Below are positions 13,880-27,043 of a stretch of 64,000 bases of DNA, one piece after another. The translations under genes and the position numbers were made by a program. The notes under the pieces were generated by a model. That model was not told the origin of the DNA. It did not search any database and saw nothing but the letters and a program-made list of their open reading frames with translations. Position 1 is the stretch's first letter, and every line of letters begins with the position of its first letter. Source of the DNA: Octopus sinensis (taxonomy: Eukaryota); assembly GCF_006345805.1 (NCBI RefSeq), contig NC_043024.1, positions 5,642,001 to 5,706,000 of the forward strand, given 5' to 3'.

Positions 13880-15260
13880 TAGCCAGAATGATAATACTTT
13901 TATTTGTTACAAGAGCGACGAACATTTGGGGTGGGATCTGAGTTGGGTAACCTGAAATGAAAGTGGGCCGCCAGAAATCGCTATCATCCTATTTCTTTAC
14001 TGCCTACAAGGGGCTAAACACAGAGAGGATAAACAAGGACAGACAAATGGATTAAGGCGATTACATCGACCCTAATGCTTAACTGATAATTTATTAACCC
14101 CGAAAGGATGAAAGGCAAAGTCGAAGTCAGCAGAATTTGAACTCAGAACGTAATGGCAGACAAAATACCTATTTCTTTACTACCCACACAGGGAGGACAG
14201 TCAAACGGATTAAGTCGATTACATCGACCCCGGTGCGTAACTGGTACTTAATTTATCGACGCCGAAAGGATGAAAAGCAAAGTCGACCTCCGCAGAATTT
14301 GAACTCAGAACGTAACAGCAGACGAAATACCTATTTCTTTACTACCCACAAGGGGCTAAACACAGAGAGGACAGACAAATGGATAAAGTCGATAATATCG
14401 ACTCCAGTGCGTAACAGGTACTTAATTTATCGATCACAAAAGGATGAAAAGCAAAGTCGATCTCGGCAGAATTTGTACTCAGAACGTAACGGCAGACGAA
14501 ATACAGCTACGCATTTCGCCCGGCGTGCTAACCATTCTGCCAGCTCGCCGCCTTAGAAATCGCCGTCATCCTGTTCTCTATTAAACCGAACGTAATTTCA
14601 AGTAAACGGGAAATAACTGAATGGGATAATGGGAAATCTCAACACCGATGCTGATGTCCGAAAGTCTAGCTAGAGTTGGTTCCCCTGTCGGTTTCCCCTT
14701 TCGATTTCCAGCTTTTGTTCCATCTACGTCTTTCGTACTTGAATAATTCTGCTTTACAACTGATATTTAACGGGCTCTAATTAAATATAAATGATCGCTA
14801 ATTAACAGTGTGAAGTAATACTTAATTCACAGTGAACAATGCGACTTATTTTACTCTGAATCTATATAAATATTTAAGCATTATTTATACACTGACATAG
14901 AGCGGCTCCTTCAACATATTGTGAGATCTTCATAAATAGGATCGAAGTAAGTATTATAGATTCTAGATATTTATATATTTCTGTCATCTTCATGTTCTGA
15001 GTTCACATTCCGCTAAGGTTGACTTTGCCTTTTATTCCTTCGGGGTCCATTAAATGAATACCAGAACATTGGGATCCGATGTAACCGTCTTGGCCCTTCT
15101 CCCAAATACTTCTGGCCTTGTCTTGTGCCATCATTTACAACCATTATTTACAGATTTCTGTGTTTATGTAATCTGGGAAGGCACACGGTAATGTCTATTT
15201 TGAGTTGGTTATCCATCAGTAGAAAAAATGCGCGCAGTGTTTGTACGCCAAAACCAGTAA
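13880..15260 (+). promoter_or_regulatory. Conserved cassette block P1 (with SINE array inserted at 13997-14553)
   Basis: GAGCGACGAACATT at 13913 and donor-like GTAAGT at 14947; homologous to P0, P2 and P3. Confidence 0.45.
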
Positions 15261-15263
15261 CGT

Positions 15264-15707
15264 GGTGCTACTAGCGAACAGTGGTCCCGGTGCGCGCACT
15301 CGCGCTAGCTAGTCGTAAGTAGTCGATCCTACAACGACTTGCGCGTATGTTTATATTTCAAGGCTGAATACATATCAAAGAAATTTATATATTTTCCGAA
15401 CAAAGTAAATGATTTTTTAAACTAAGTAAATAAATTATTTGGCGATCCTTCGGTATAAGTACACACGTGGCTTTGTTTACATTTCTGAAGATAACAGAAG
15501 CCCTTTTCTCCCACCCCTAACCCTAACCCCCCATATATAAAAAAACACTTTCTTGAAATGTATCCGGTACTTATACCGAAGGTTCGCCAATTATTTTTAT
15601 TAACAAACTACGGTTAGGGTTAGGGTTAAAAAGTCATTGTAGGATCGACTACTTACGACTAGCTAGCGCGAGTGCGCGCATCGGGACCACTGTTCGCTAG
15701 TAGTACC
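15264..15707. mobile_element. 444-bp MITE with 77-bp TIRs and 9-bp TSD (Mutator- or Merlin-like, superfamily unresolved)
   Basis: TIRs 15264-15340 and 15631-15707 match 74/77. TSD CAGTAACGT at 15255-15263 and 15708-15716. Paralogous empty sites: CAGTAATGT (6550) and CAGAAATGT (41200). Confidence 0.85.
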
Positions 15708-17892
15708 CAGTAACGTATTGCTCGATGATATACATGAGGGTGTTGAAAACACAAAAGGATCAGTGAATTATGATCTTATTCAACGTATTCCCCTCTCAGA
15801 TTCACACATTTATTGCAGCAGTCCTTCAGCGTATTTAAGCCATGTAAAAGAACTCCGGAGGGTCGAACCTCCTGCCAGGCCTTTCGCGACACCGTTAAAG
15901 CCAGGACCTTTTCAGCACCCCTCGTATGTGCGCGCGCGCGTAGTTGCGTACCTGTTTTGGTTTTGACGTTTTATGTAAGACAAAAGAAAGAAAAGGATAA
16001 AGAATAGGGTACATCAGAGCCACTGACAGCTCATTATACGAGATACCCTAGTTTAATGTCAGAGAGAGGGATATCACTATGTACTGGGGTAAGCCTATTA
16101 ACCATTGGTATCTTTGTTGATATAGATATTATATATTTAAAAAGATACTTTGAAAACCACAATGTATTCTTTATTAATTGGATCTACTCTCTTTCACTTG
16201 TTTCAGTCATGTGACTGCGGCCATGCTGGAGCACCGCCTTTTGTCGAGCAACTCGACTCCAGAACTTATTCTTTGTAAGCCTAGTACTTAATCTATCGGT
16301 CTTTTTTGCTGAACCTCTAAGTTACGGGGACGTAAACACACCAGCATCGGTTGTTCTACTCATGTGTCAAGTTTCATCAAAATCGATAAAACGATGTAGG
16401 AGGAGTTAGCTAACAACTCCACAAACACACCCACACACAGAATTTCCCACATATGTAGTAGATTATTATCATCGTTTAATGTCTGTTTTCCATACTGGCA
16501 TGGGTTGGACAGTTGGACTGGGGATCGGCAAGCCAGGAGGCTGCACCAGGCTCCAATCTGATCTGGCAAGGTTTCTACAGCTGGATGCCCTTCCTAACAC
16601 CAACTACTCCGTGAGTGCAGTGGGTGCTTTTTACATGCCACTGACATTGGCCACGTTAGCATGGTGCTCTTTACATGCTCTGGGCACAAGAGCCAGTTGG
16701 GGTGGGGGTGGCTGGCATTGACCACATTCAGATGGTGCTTTTTATGTGCCACCGGCACAGGGAGCCGGTCAGGTGGCACTGGCATCAGCCACAACTACAA
16801 TTTCCATTTTGATTTTGATTTTTGATTTTACTTGACTCCTCAAGCACGGCATGTCGCCCAACGATACAAAGGTACTTTTTAAATGGGCTGGTTATGCAAC
16901 ACTGGTATAGGCCACAGCTGTGATCTCACTTTACCTGTCGGGTCCTCTCAATCGCAGCATATCTCCAGAGGTCTCAGTCTCTTGTCATTGCTGCTGTGAG
17001 GCCCAATCTTTGAAGGTCATGTTTCACCACCTCATCCCATGTCTTCCTGGGCCTCCCACTTCCGTGGGTTCCTTCCACTGTTAGGGTGCAATCTGGTTTT
17101 GTTTTGTTTTTTATTTTTACCGTTATTGTTTTTACGTTTTTGTATTCTTATTGGTGTCACGTATTCTGTATTTTTGTTCGTGTACTTCGTTTGTTTTCCG
17201 TCCTCGTGTTGTATACATTCGAAGCTTTCTTCCAGGGGATCTAATGCGCTTGGCTTAGATTTCCCTTGGCGGGCTGCCCATATCGGAGCAATCTCAAGAT
17301 TAATCAGCCGAAATTGCTAAGATGATCTGGTTCTTGACTGATGACTGAGGGCTTCGAATGTCCCGTCCTGTGGTTCTTGTGTCGTCTCTGTGGTGTTTCA
17401 TGTTCTTGTCCATGTCTGTAATTATTTTTACTGTTTACCTATATATATATACACAGGCACACAGAATTTATTATATGTCTTTACAGCTGCATACACTTGA
17501 TAGCACAGGTTCAATCCCACAGCATAGCAAATGAAACAAGTGTTGGTTTGCAAGTCCTTGGATTGGCCTAAATTTTTAATATGAAATTGGTGGAGGACAA
17601 AGACTGAAATGGCCATTAAATGGATGCTACCAATAGTTAAAACAACCAGCCTTGTTACACAATTAATAAATTAGCCTTCATAAAGTTCACCTTTAAAATG
17701 CCATGACGAGTCAGAGTACTTTCTTGCTAACCTCCAATAATCTCCCTCCACCACCTGACAGTTTTTTGTACTTTTACGCAACAGAAAGTACACCTTTTGT
17801 GACAGTGATAATGAAATTCGTTTCTTGTATCAGAGTAATAAGGCATTTCAATAGAATATCTTTACCCCCGGGAATTACCAGACACACCAGCT

Positions 17893-18255
<363 letters not shown>

Positions 18256-19926
18256 CGTGGCACATAAAAAATACCATTCCAGTGTGCCCGATGCCAGTGC
18301 TGCTGACTGGCCCCCATGCTGGTGGCATGTATAAAGCACCCGCTACACTCTCGGAGTTGTTGGTGTTAGGAAGGGCATCCAGCTGTAGAAAACATGCCAG
18401 ACCTCAGTCAAACTCTCCAGCCCATGCCAGCATGGAAAATGGACGTTAAACAATGATGATGATGATGATACACTACATTGTTACAAGGCGGCGAGCTGGC
18501 AGAAACATTAGCACGCCGGGTGAAATATGTAGCCGTATTTCGTCTGCTGTTACGTTCTGAATTCAAATTCCGCCGAGGTCGACTTTGCCTTTCATCCTTT
18601 CAGGGTCGATTAAATAAGTACCAGTTGTGCACTGGAGTCGATGTAATCGACTTAATCTGTTTGTCTGTCCTTGTTTGTCCCCTCTGTGTTTAGCTCCTTG
18701 TGGGTAGTAAAGAAATAGGTATTTCGTCTGCCGTTATGTTCTGAGTTCAAATTTTGCTGAGGTCGACTTTGCCTTTCATCCTTTCGGGGTCGATAAATTA
18801 AGTATCAGTTACACACTGGGGTTGATGTAATCGACTTAATCCATTTGTCTGTCCTTGTTTGTCCCCTCTGTGTTTAGCCCCTTGTGGGTAGTAAAGAAAT
18901 AGGTATTTCGTCTGCCGTTATGTTCTGAGTTCAAATTTTGCTAAGGTCGACTTTGCCTTTCATCCTTTCGGGGTCGATAAATTAAGTACCAATTATGCTC
19001 CGAGGTCGATGTAATCGACTTAATCCGTTTGTCTGTCCGTGTTTGTCCCCCTCTGTGTTTAGGTCCTTGTGGGTAGTAAAGAAATAGATACACTACATTG
19101 TTATATATACATCTCACAATCTTGGAAATAGAAGAATACATTGAGTAAGTTCATGTTAAAGTTTACATCTGTAATTTGTCAATACAGAAATGAAGTAAAA
19201 TTTCCTCTGTTGAATCTCATTTTCTCAACTATCCTCTACATCTTATTCTGTTTCTCTATATTTCAGGACATCAGATGACATTGATTGAAGAGAATTCTTC
19301 ACTTCTGATACATCATTCCCATCATCGTATCATGCTTAAAGGAAGATGTAACCCTGTCTATATAAATCTTTGAGGAATTACTGTAAACTATTTCTTCTGA
19401 ACTGGGATTAATAGGAATATTTCTCAGCTTCACTGTGTGGAATGTGTTGAAGATGGTTCTGTATTCTAATTAAGCTTGGACAAATTTACATATGAGTTCA
19501 CAGCATCTTCGGATAGCAACAAAGATCTGTTGATGGAAATACAGCAGAGACGTATTCCTTGTGATTAAAAATTATAATATAAAACAAGAAACAACAGCAA
19601 GACTGCATGATGGTAGTGCCATACATGGCATGCTGACCATCATATAACTTTTTTGACATTGCATTTTTATTCTTCTTTTCCGTTTTACGAATTCAGTGTG
19701 CAAGTGCAAATTGCATGTTCAGAGTTTTCTTTCTGGTTCCCACTCAAAACTGTTTACAGATCACAACCGTCTCATAAACCTGCGGCTGTGAGGAGTGATT
19801 TGTGCTCCAATGATTGTAGAAAAAGGAAATACTCCCTTAATATCCATGTTTTCTGGTGATGAAAGAAGAACGATAGAAAAATGATTTTGTGAAAAACTGA
19901 GAGGATTTATATTTTTTTCTTGAGAG

Positions 19927-20451
19927 ATGCCAAAATTGACAGGAAAGCCATTATATGACTGTGATGTTTGTAAAAAGTCCTTCTCTCAAAAGTGTGATCT
20001 CAAAACTCACAGACTCATTCACACAGGAGAGAAGCCATTTGATTGTGATGTCTGTGGTAAATCCTTCCCAAAGAGTGATGCCTTAACAAGACATGTGCGT
20101 ATTCATACAGGAGAGAAACCCCATCGCTGTGATATCTGTGGTAAATCCTTCTCTGTAAGTGGTGCTTTAACTAGACACAAACGTACTCACACAGGGGACA
20201 AACCGTATCACTGTGACAGCTGTAGTAAATCGTTTGCTGGAAGCAGTGATTTGACTAAACACAAACGCATTCATACAGGCGACAAACCGTATCACTGTGA
20301 TATCTGTGCCAAATCGTTTGCTGAATGTGGGGCTTTAACGAGACACAAGCGTACTCACACAGGAGAGAAACCATATCACTGTGATATTTGTGGTAGGACA
20401 TTCTCTCAAAGCAATTTCTTAACAAGACACAAGTGCATTCGTAAAGGATAG
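19927..20451 (+). CDS. C2H2 zinc-finger protein (cassette 2): 6 fingers, last lacking its final His
   Basis: Open 174-aa ORF with canonical CDICGKSFS...H-x3-H TGEKP repeats; acceptor-like TTTCAG| at 19266. Confidence 0.85.
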   Translation: MPKLTGKPLYDCDVCKKSFSQKCDLKTHRLIHTGEKPFDCDVCGKSFPKSDALTRHVRIHTGEKPHRCDICGKSFSVSGALTRHKRTHTGDKPYHCDSCSKSFAGSSDLTKHKRIHTGDKPYHCDICAKSFAECGALTRHKRTHTGEKPYHCDICGRTFSQSNFLTRHKCIRKG

Positions 20452-22449
20452 AAACCATGTCCCTGTGATGTCTATGGTGATTCATTATCTCTGATTGAGC
20501 TTTTCTGAAATTAACACAAACACATTCATACAGACAAGAAACCACAATCTGTGCAGTATTTGTGATAGATCCATTCTCTTGTGGTGATTTAGAAGAAATG
20601 GTAATGCCAAGATCCATCCGTTCATCTTTCCTCTCTATCTCTACCTCTGGAAGGGTTGTGGGCTTAGAGTCCTCAATCATCTCCTCTATAGGGTCCTATC
20701 TAATCCAATCATCATTAGATTTCCTGGCAGGATTCCCAAGAATGACCAACTTAGTCTATAGATTTTATCCAACCCTCTTCATTTTGCTATTGTCTTGGGT
20801 TCCTACCATTTCTTGCAGTCCTTTCTTGTGACATCCTAATCATGAGTTTATTGAACCCGACCTATGGCTTCTCAATGTGGAAAAGGCGTATCTCAATCTG
20901 GAGAGAGTCACTCATCTCGAAAGGATGCACCCTGCTGAGTACTGTTACTCCAGAGATCTTTTTGGAGTAACCCCACTTCAATTGCTTGTATTCATAATTG
21001 TGCACTTTTAGTCATTAACCAACATTCCTGACATCGGGATGGACAAGCATGGAAACCAAGTTCAAGATATGTGTGCGTACACGTCATCATCCTTTCTCAC
21101 TTTTCCATGCTTGTGTGAAGTACATTTTCTACGGGTGGATGCCCTTCTCATCACCAACCCCCAGTTTCCAAGTAAGGAAATATTTCCCCATAACCAGACG
21201 TGTTCCTCACACAAGATTGGAGACAAACCACCTTGATTGTATGATGATGGTTCTCATTTAAAAACAGCACATTTATATGGAGACAAATGTATACACAAAC
21301 ACATAGATATATTTATACACCCATTTTCATGTATATATATATATATATTCATATATTATGTCGATAAGGCTAAAATCGAATCTGTGTCCTCTTGAAGCAC
21401 ATCTGTTCATTTCAGTATACCAAATTTGTGTGTAGATCCTTATTTTTACATGAGGTATGCATAAGAGTTGAAAATATTGGAAAATATCTTCAGCAGAGTA
21501 ATTGTTATCAAAACAGGAGATTGGAACATTTTTTTGGTATTAGTTTCAAAGTAAGCACCTCCACTGCATTTTTTCTTTAATTTCTTTTTCAGATTTCTTT
21601 TATAAACATGATTATGATTACTTTAAAGAAGTGTTGATAAAGTAATATAACAGATATTTATAAAATTCACAATTACATGAAAAGTTAAGTTTTAAATAAA
21701 GTTATATCAACAAAAATATATTCAGTTAAAGGATTTTCTCTCAAATTTTATATCTTTGAAAATTCCTCGTTTAGCCATTAAGATGGCTGCAGGCTCCCTA
21801 TTTTCCACTCAGCTAATGTCTAAATCATAGGGGCCACTCATTTTACAACTTCTTCTTGCTTTTATCCACCTGTGGACCTGGATAGAACCTGACCCCTAAG
21901 GGCCTAAACTGAACCCTCTGTCAAACAAATGAACCGTCTCTCTCCTACATAGACTTACTTCTCCAGATGTCAGTTGAAACATACAAACATTTCTCTGAAT
22001 CGATGCATCTTACTGTTACTCTCCCAGAATGGTACCAATCACTTTCGTCTATGATGTGTGTTAACACCCATAACAGTGACATCCGTTCCTCAATGCAAAC
22101 ACTACTCTCGTGTCCCAGGTCAATCATGCTGTCTCTCAGCAGCTCCATCCTCCACAGCAAACACCCCAATACCAAAACAGAGTAAAACAACAAGAGGTGT
22201 TATCTTTGCCAGAGTGAGTGTGTGATTTAAAAATAAAATTGTGATGAGTAGCCATTCAGTTTGACCACCAAACAGATACAGCTGTACATTGTAAGAATCC
22301 AGTTTCTGAAGATGGGACAATTAGATTTCTTCAATGGTCACTTCTACCGTAACTTGAGACTGATTTTAAATTCAGAGCCCTTCTACAATTTATTGGTAGT
22401 TATTATAATTTTAAGTTGCTGAAAGAAAAAAGAGTAATGATGATGATGA

Positions 22450-23250
22450 TAGCCAGAATAATAATACTTTTATTTGTTACAAGAGCGACGAACATTTGGG
22501 GTGGGATTTGAGTTGGGTAATCTGAAATGAAAGTGGGCCGTTTCTGAAGATGGGACTGTAGCTGGTTATGGTTAGAACAGCCAGCATGCTGGGATGGTCA
22601 CCAGTGTCATAACTTCAGAAAGATTCTAATTGATCAGAGCCTCTCTGCATTTTGATAGTTATTGAAAAAGAATTATTATAATAATGATGAAAATAATAGC
22701 AATTCTTTCATTTGCCATTAGAGCGACGAACATTTGGTGATCATAAAATAAAAGTGAGAGGCAAGAAATCGCTTTCATCCTGTCCACTTAATCTGTTAAG
22801 AGGAAATAAGGTGATTAGGACACTGTGAAATCGCTACACCGTAAGTGATGTTAAAACTAGAGGTGGAGTTAGTTCCCCTGCTTTTGTTAATTGCTCGTCT
22901 TTCGCACTTGTTCTTTTCCAATTTACAACTAATGTCTAACGGGGCTCCAATTAAAAGTACATTTTTGGTGATTAACTGTGTAAAGTAATATTTAAATCAG
23001 AGAGAATATTGTGACTTATTTTACACAGGGTCCATATCAATATTTAAGTGTTTTAAAACGACTCCTTCACCATGTGACGCCTTCCTCCTAACTGGGGTCA
23101 GAGTAAGTATTATTCATATTATATGTGTGTGCCAGAGTTTATGTATTGTAGCAACATGGTGATTATATATCTTGAGTTCATCAGTGAGAATAAACGACCG
23201 CAATATATCAGTATGTGTATGTGTGTGCCGCTCGCATTTGTGTACAAGTT
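22450..23250 (+). promoter_or_regulatory. Conserved cassette block P2
   Basis: GAGCGACGAACATT twice (22483, 22721) and donor-like GA|GTAAGT at 23103. Confidence 0.45.
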
Positions 23251-23253
23251 TTG

Positions 23254-25589
23254 GATACTGCTTGAGAACAGTACTCCCAGTACGCGCACTCGCGTACTCG
23301 CTAGCTAGTCATGACTAGTCGATCCGGTTAATATAGGGCGTAACAAATATCAGAAAATCAAAAAAAAAATGTGTGTAATAGGTGTAAAACAACTTCCTAT
23401 GAACGAATATGAAAAAAAAAATTCGCGCACGCGAAAGGGGGGTGGGGGAGAGGCCTCGGAAAATTCACATCGGGAAGTTCCGAAAGCGTCTGAGGGGCTG
23501 ACCCGGGCACCAAAACAAAAAAAAAATAGTGTAATATGTGTAAAACAACTTGCTCTAAACGAATATGAAAAAAAAAATGCGCTCTCGCGAAAGAGGGGTG
23601 GGGGAGAGAGCCTCGGAATATTTATATCGGGAATTTCCGAAAGCGTCTGAACCGGGCACAAAAACAAAAACAAAAACAGCGTAATAGGTGTAAAACAACT
23701 TGCTCTAAACGACTATCATGAAAAAAATGCGCGCTCGCGAAAGGGGGGTGGGGGAGAGGCTTCGGAAATTTCACATCTTCAGTCCACGGCCTTTAAACTA
23801 AGAAAAAATAGTGTAATTGGTGTAAAACTACTTGTTCTAAACGAGTATCAAGAACACACACTCACACATGAATCATAAACTCCGTATTTCGCAAAAAAAA
23901 AAATAATAAAAGAAGAAATTCTGGAAAAAGTGAAGAAATGTTGGATCTCCGCCATGTGAATCAAAATACGTGTCAGAAACATCTTGAAATACTACAGAAA
24001 TTATGTTACGAAAATGATAATGTATACATACCTCTTTGAGTGGTCCATCGATAATGATGATAAAGAAATGAGTTGGATTTGAACTCAGAATATTGACTAA
24101 CACAACTACATACTACAAGACTCAAAATATTCAGCCAAGTCACCACCCTTTAACTAGCAATAATAATAACATCAATAACATAACAGCCAAAAGATTTATT
24201 TGTTCTGAAAATAACAATCATAGTAAATAAATATGTTCTTTAATATTCACATTCATGTGCACAGTTAAACACACTTACATACAAACAGTCACGCATGCAT
24301 AATACAGAACGGAACACATAAATGAAGGATGCATTACTTAGTATATATTACATCTAGAGAATTTTGATTAATAAGTCAAATATGCAAATTATAAAGATAA
24401 TTAATTGCTTTACTAAACAGTGTTGTAAAGGTGAAAAAATAAATTTGGGAAAAAAATACACGCCAAAACTAATTAATAAAGGATAATTAGGGAAGGATTG
24501 ACACAAAATAATAATTTTTTCTGTCTCTTTTTTTCTGATAAATGCATCTTAATAAGTGAGAAGAATTGCATATATCTGAACTATTTCAAAGAAAAGCATA
24601 AATTTAATGTTTAAAATAGCTTTAACCAAGGAATGAGATCCAACATTTCTTCACTTTTTCCAGAATTTCTTCTCTTTATTTTTTTTTTTTTGCGAAATAC
24701 GGAGTTTATGATTCATGTGTGAGTGTGTGTTCTTGATACTCGTTTAGAGCAAGTAGTTTTACACCAATTACATTTTTTCTTAGTTTAAAGGCCGTGGACT
24801 GAAGATGTGAAATTTCCGAAGCCTCTCCCCCACCCCCCTTTCGCGAGCGCGCATTTTTTTCATGATAGTCGTTTAGAGCAAGTTGTTTTACACCTTACGC
24901 TGTTTTTTTGTTTTTGTTTTTGTGCCCGGTTCAGACGCTTTCGGAAATTCCCGATATAAATATTCCGAGGCCTCTCCCCCACCCCTCTTTCGCGAGAGCG
25001 CATTTTTTTTTGTCATATTCGTTTAGAGCAAGTTGTTTTACACATATTACACTATTTTTTTTTTGTTTTGGTGCCCGGGTCAGCCCCTCAGACGCTTTCG
25101 GAACTTCCCGATGTGAATTTTCCGAGGCCTCTCCCCCACCCCCTTTCGCGTGCGCGAATTTTTTTTTTCATATTCGTTCATAGGAAGTTGTTTTACACCT
25201 ATTACACACATTTTTTTTTTGATTTTCTGATATTTGTTACGCCCTATATTAACCGTCGATCCTTAGTTTGTGTTTTTGTGTTATTTATTTTGTTTAAAAA
25301 ATTATTTACTTTGTGTAAAAAAATTAGGCATAACTTCGGTATAGGTACCGGATACATTTCAAGAAAGTTTTTTTTTACATATATGGGGGGTTAGGGTTAG
25401 GGGTGAGAGGAAAGGGTTTCTGTTATCTTCAGAAATGTAAACAAAGCCACTTACGGTACCTATGCCGAAGGATCGCCAATTATTTCTTTTGTATTTTATT
25501 TACTTTGCTAGATAGTCGTTGTAGGATCGACTAGTCACAACTAGCTAGCGCGAGTGCGCGCACCGGAACCACTGATCTCAAGTAGTACC
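23254..25589. mobile_element. Second copy of the 9-bp-TSD MITE family, carrying a nested foldback element
   Basis: TSD CAAGTTTTG at 23245-23253 and 25590-25598; interior 25263-25589 is the reverse complement of the 15264-15707 interior. Confidence 0.8.
23326..25254. mobile_element. 1929-bp foldback-type element with ~620-bp inverted arms and 8-bp TSD
   Basis: Arms 23326-23949 and 24635-25254 are reverse complements beginning GGTTAATATAGGGCG. TSD GTCGATCC at 23318-23325 and 25255-25262. Each arm holds ~3.3 tandem units of 130-156 bp; the spacer is AT-rich and non-coding. Confidence 0.85.
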
Positions 25590-27043
25590 CAAGTTTTGAC
25601 GTGTCATGCAAGAGTAAGGAAAGAAACTGACCGGAACAAAATAGGGATACAATAGGACATTCCTACACACACCCAGGCACCCTCTACCCCGACTTTGTTG
25701 CTTCATACGACTTCCAGAAAAAATAAACACTTATTAATGAAATTCTCGGCATCGCCAAATTCTCTTCTAATTCGCTTCAGGTGATTTAGATCCCGATTAT
25801 GTCGGAATCTGTGGTGTAAAACATTTTCTGAGAGGTTGGTGAGGAGTTTCGGAGAATTCACAGGAGACGACTTTCTTTACTTATAACTTTCAGCATTAAC
25901 CGAAAGATTTCGTTAAAAAATATTAGGAGGTCAGGGTATTTGATTTCACGCAAAAGATTATTTGTTTTTGTTTTTTTTTTTGTTTCTTTTCTTGGTGAAA
26001 GGATCAAATAATACCAAAGTATGTGTAGAAACTAAAATTCTCTTCCCGGCTGAGATTCGAAATCGTATCTAAACATTCTCACGTGTCGAAGCAAGCGGAA
26101 AAATCTCTTTGAGCACTGTATACAATAATTTCATTATATATTTAAAATTAACACTGTTTGATGTGTTTCCACTTGACCCACGACCTTGCTGTATCAGGGA
26201 AAGTTCAAATGACAGCAAGTGACCTAAATGTGTATATTCTTATAATGGTATATCCATCTGTATGGAATGTGCCATTATAAATACCTATTTCTTTACTACC
26301 CACAGAGGGGACAGACAAACGGATTAAGTCGATTACATCAACACCAGTACTTATTTAATTCACCCCAAAAGGATGAAAGGCAAAATCGACCTCGGTGAAA
26401 TTTGAACTCAGAACATAGTGGCAGACAAAATACCGCTAAGCATTTTGCCCAGCGTGCTAACGTTTCTGCCAGCTTGCGCTCTGTAGGCAAACACACAGTA
26501 AGCCGAGGGAAACCACGACCCGGCAGAGACAACTCATTGCATGAGTGCAAGCACACATTTTCTCACTGGCAATTATACCATTTGTCTTCAAGTACTTGAT
26601 AATATTTTTTGATCCAAGGGAGTTTAAAGTTCTATTCTTGGGGTACACATTCTGAGATACTTCGATCGCAAAATAGAGAAATTGGAATTTCAGAAGAATA
26701 GCTACAGTAACTCCTTTATAAAGGGTACAAGAGATGATGGGTAGGTAGGTGGTCATAGTATTGGTTATGTAGAAACTGAATTTCTCTTCCTGGCTGAGAT
26801 TAGAAATTGAATCTAAAATTCTTATGTCAAAGCAAATGAGAAAACCCGTCAAAAGGAACACTGATGTGTTTCCACTTGACCTTGCTGTGTCTGAGAAAGT
26901 TCAAATGGACAGCAAGTGATCTAAATGTGATGGCAATGTCTTATTGATTTCAATTGGAGTTGAACTGCTTCCCCCCTGCCTCTGAACCTCAAATTTCCAC
27001 ATCTGTGTGGGTGTACCAAAAGAGTTTGTTGCAAGTCATTATA

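Noticed and set aside
15515-15627. Telomere or chromosome-fusion site
   Set aside because: Only 2-3 TTAGGG units, and they lie inside a TSD-flanked MITE family.
23375-23860. Regular tandem units as a CRISPR-like array
   Set aside because: Units are 130-156 bp with no unique spacers, are mirrored in an inverted arm and sit in eukaryotic DNA with no cas genes; they are foldback subterminal repeats.
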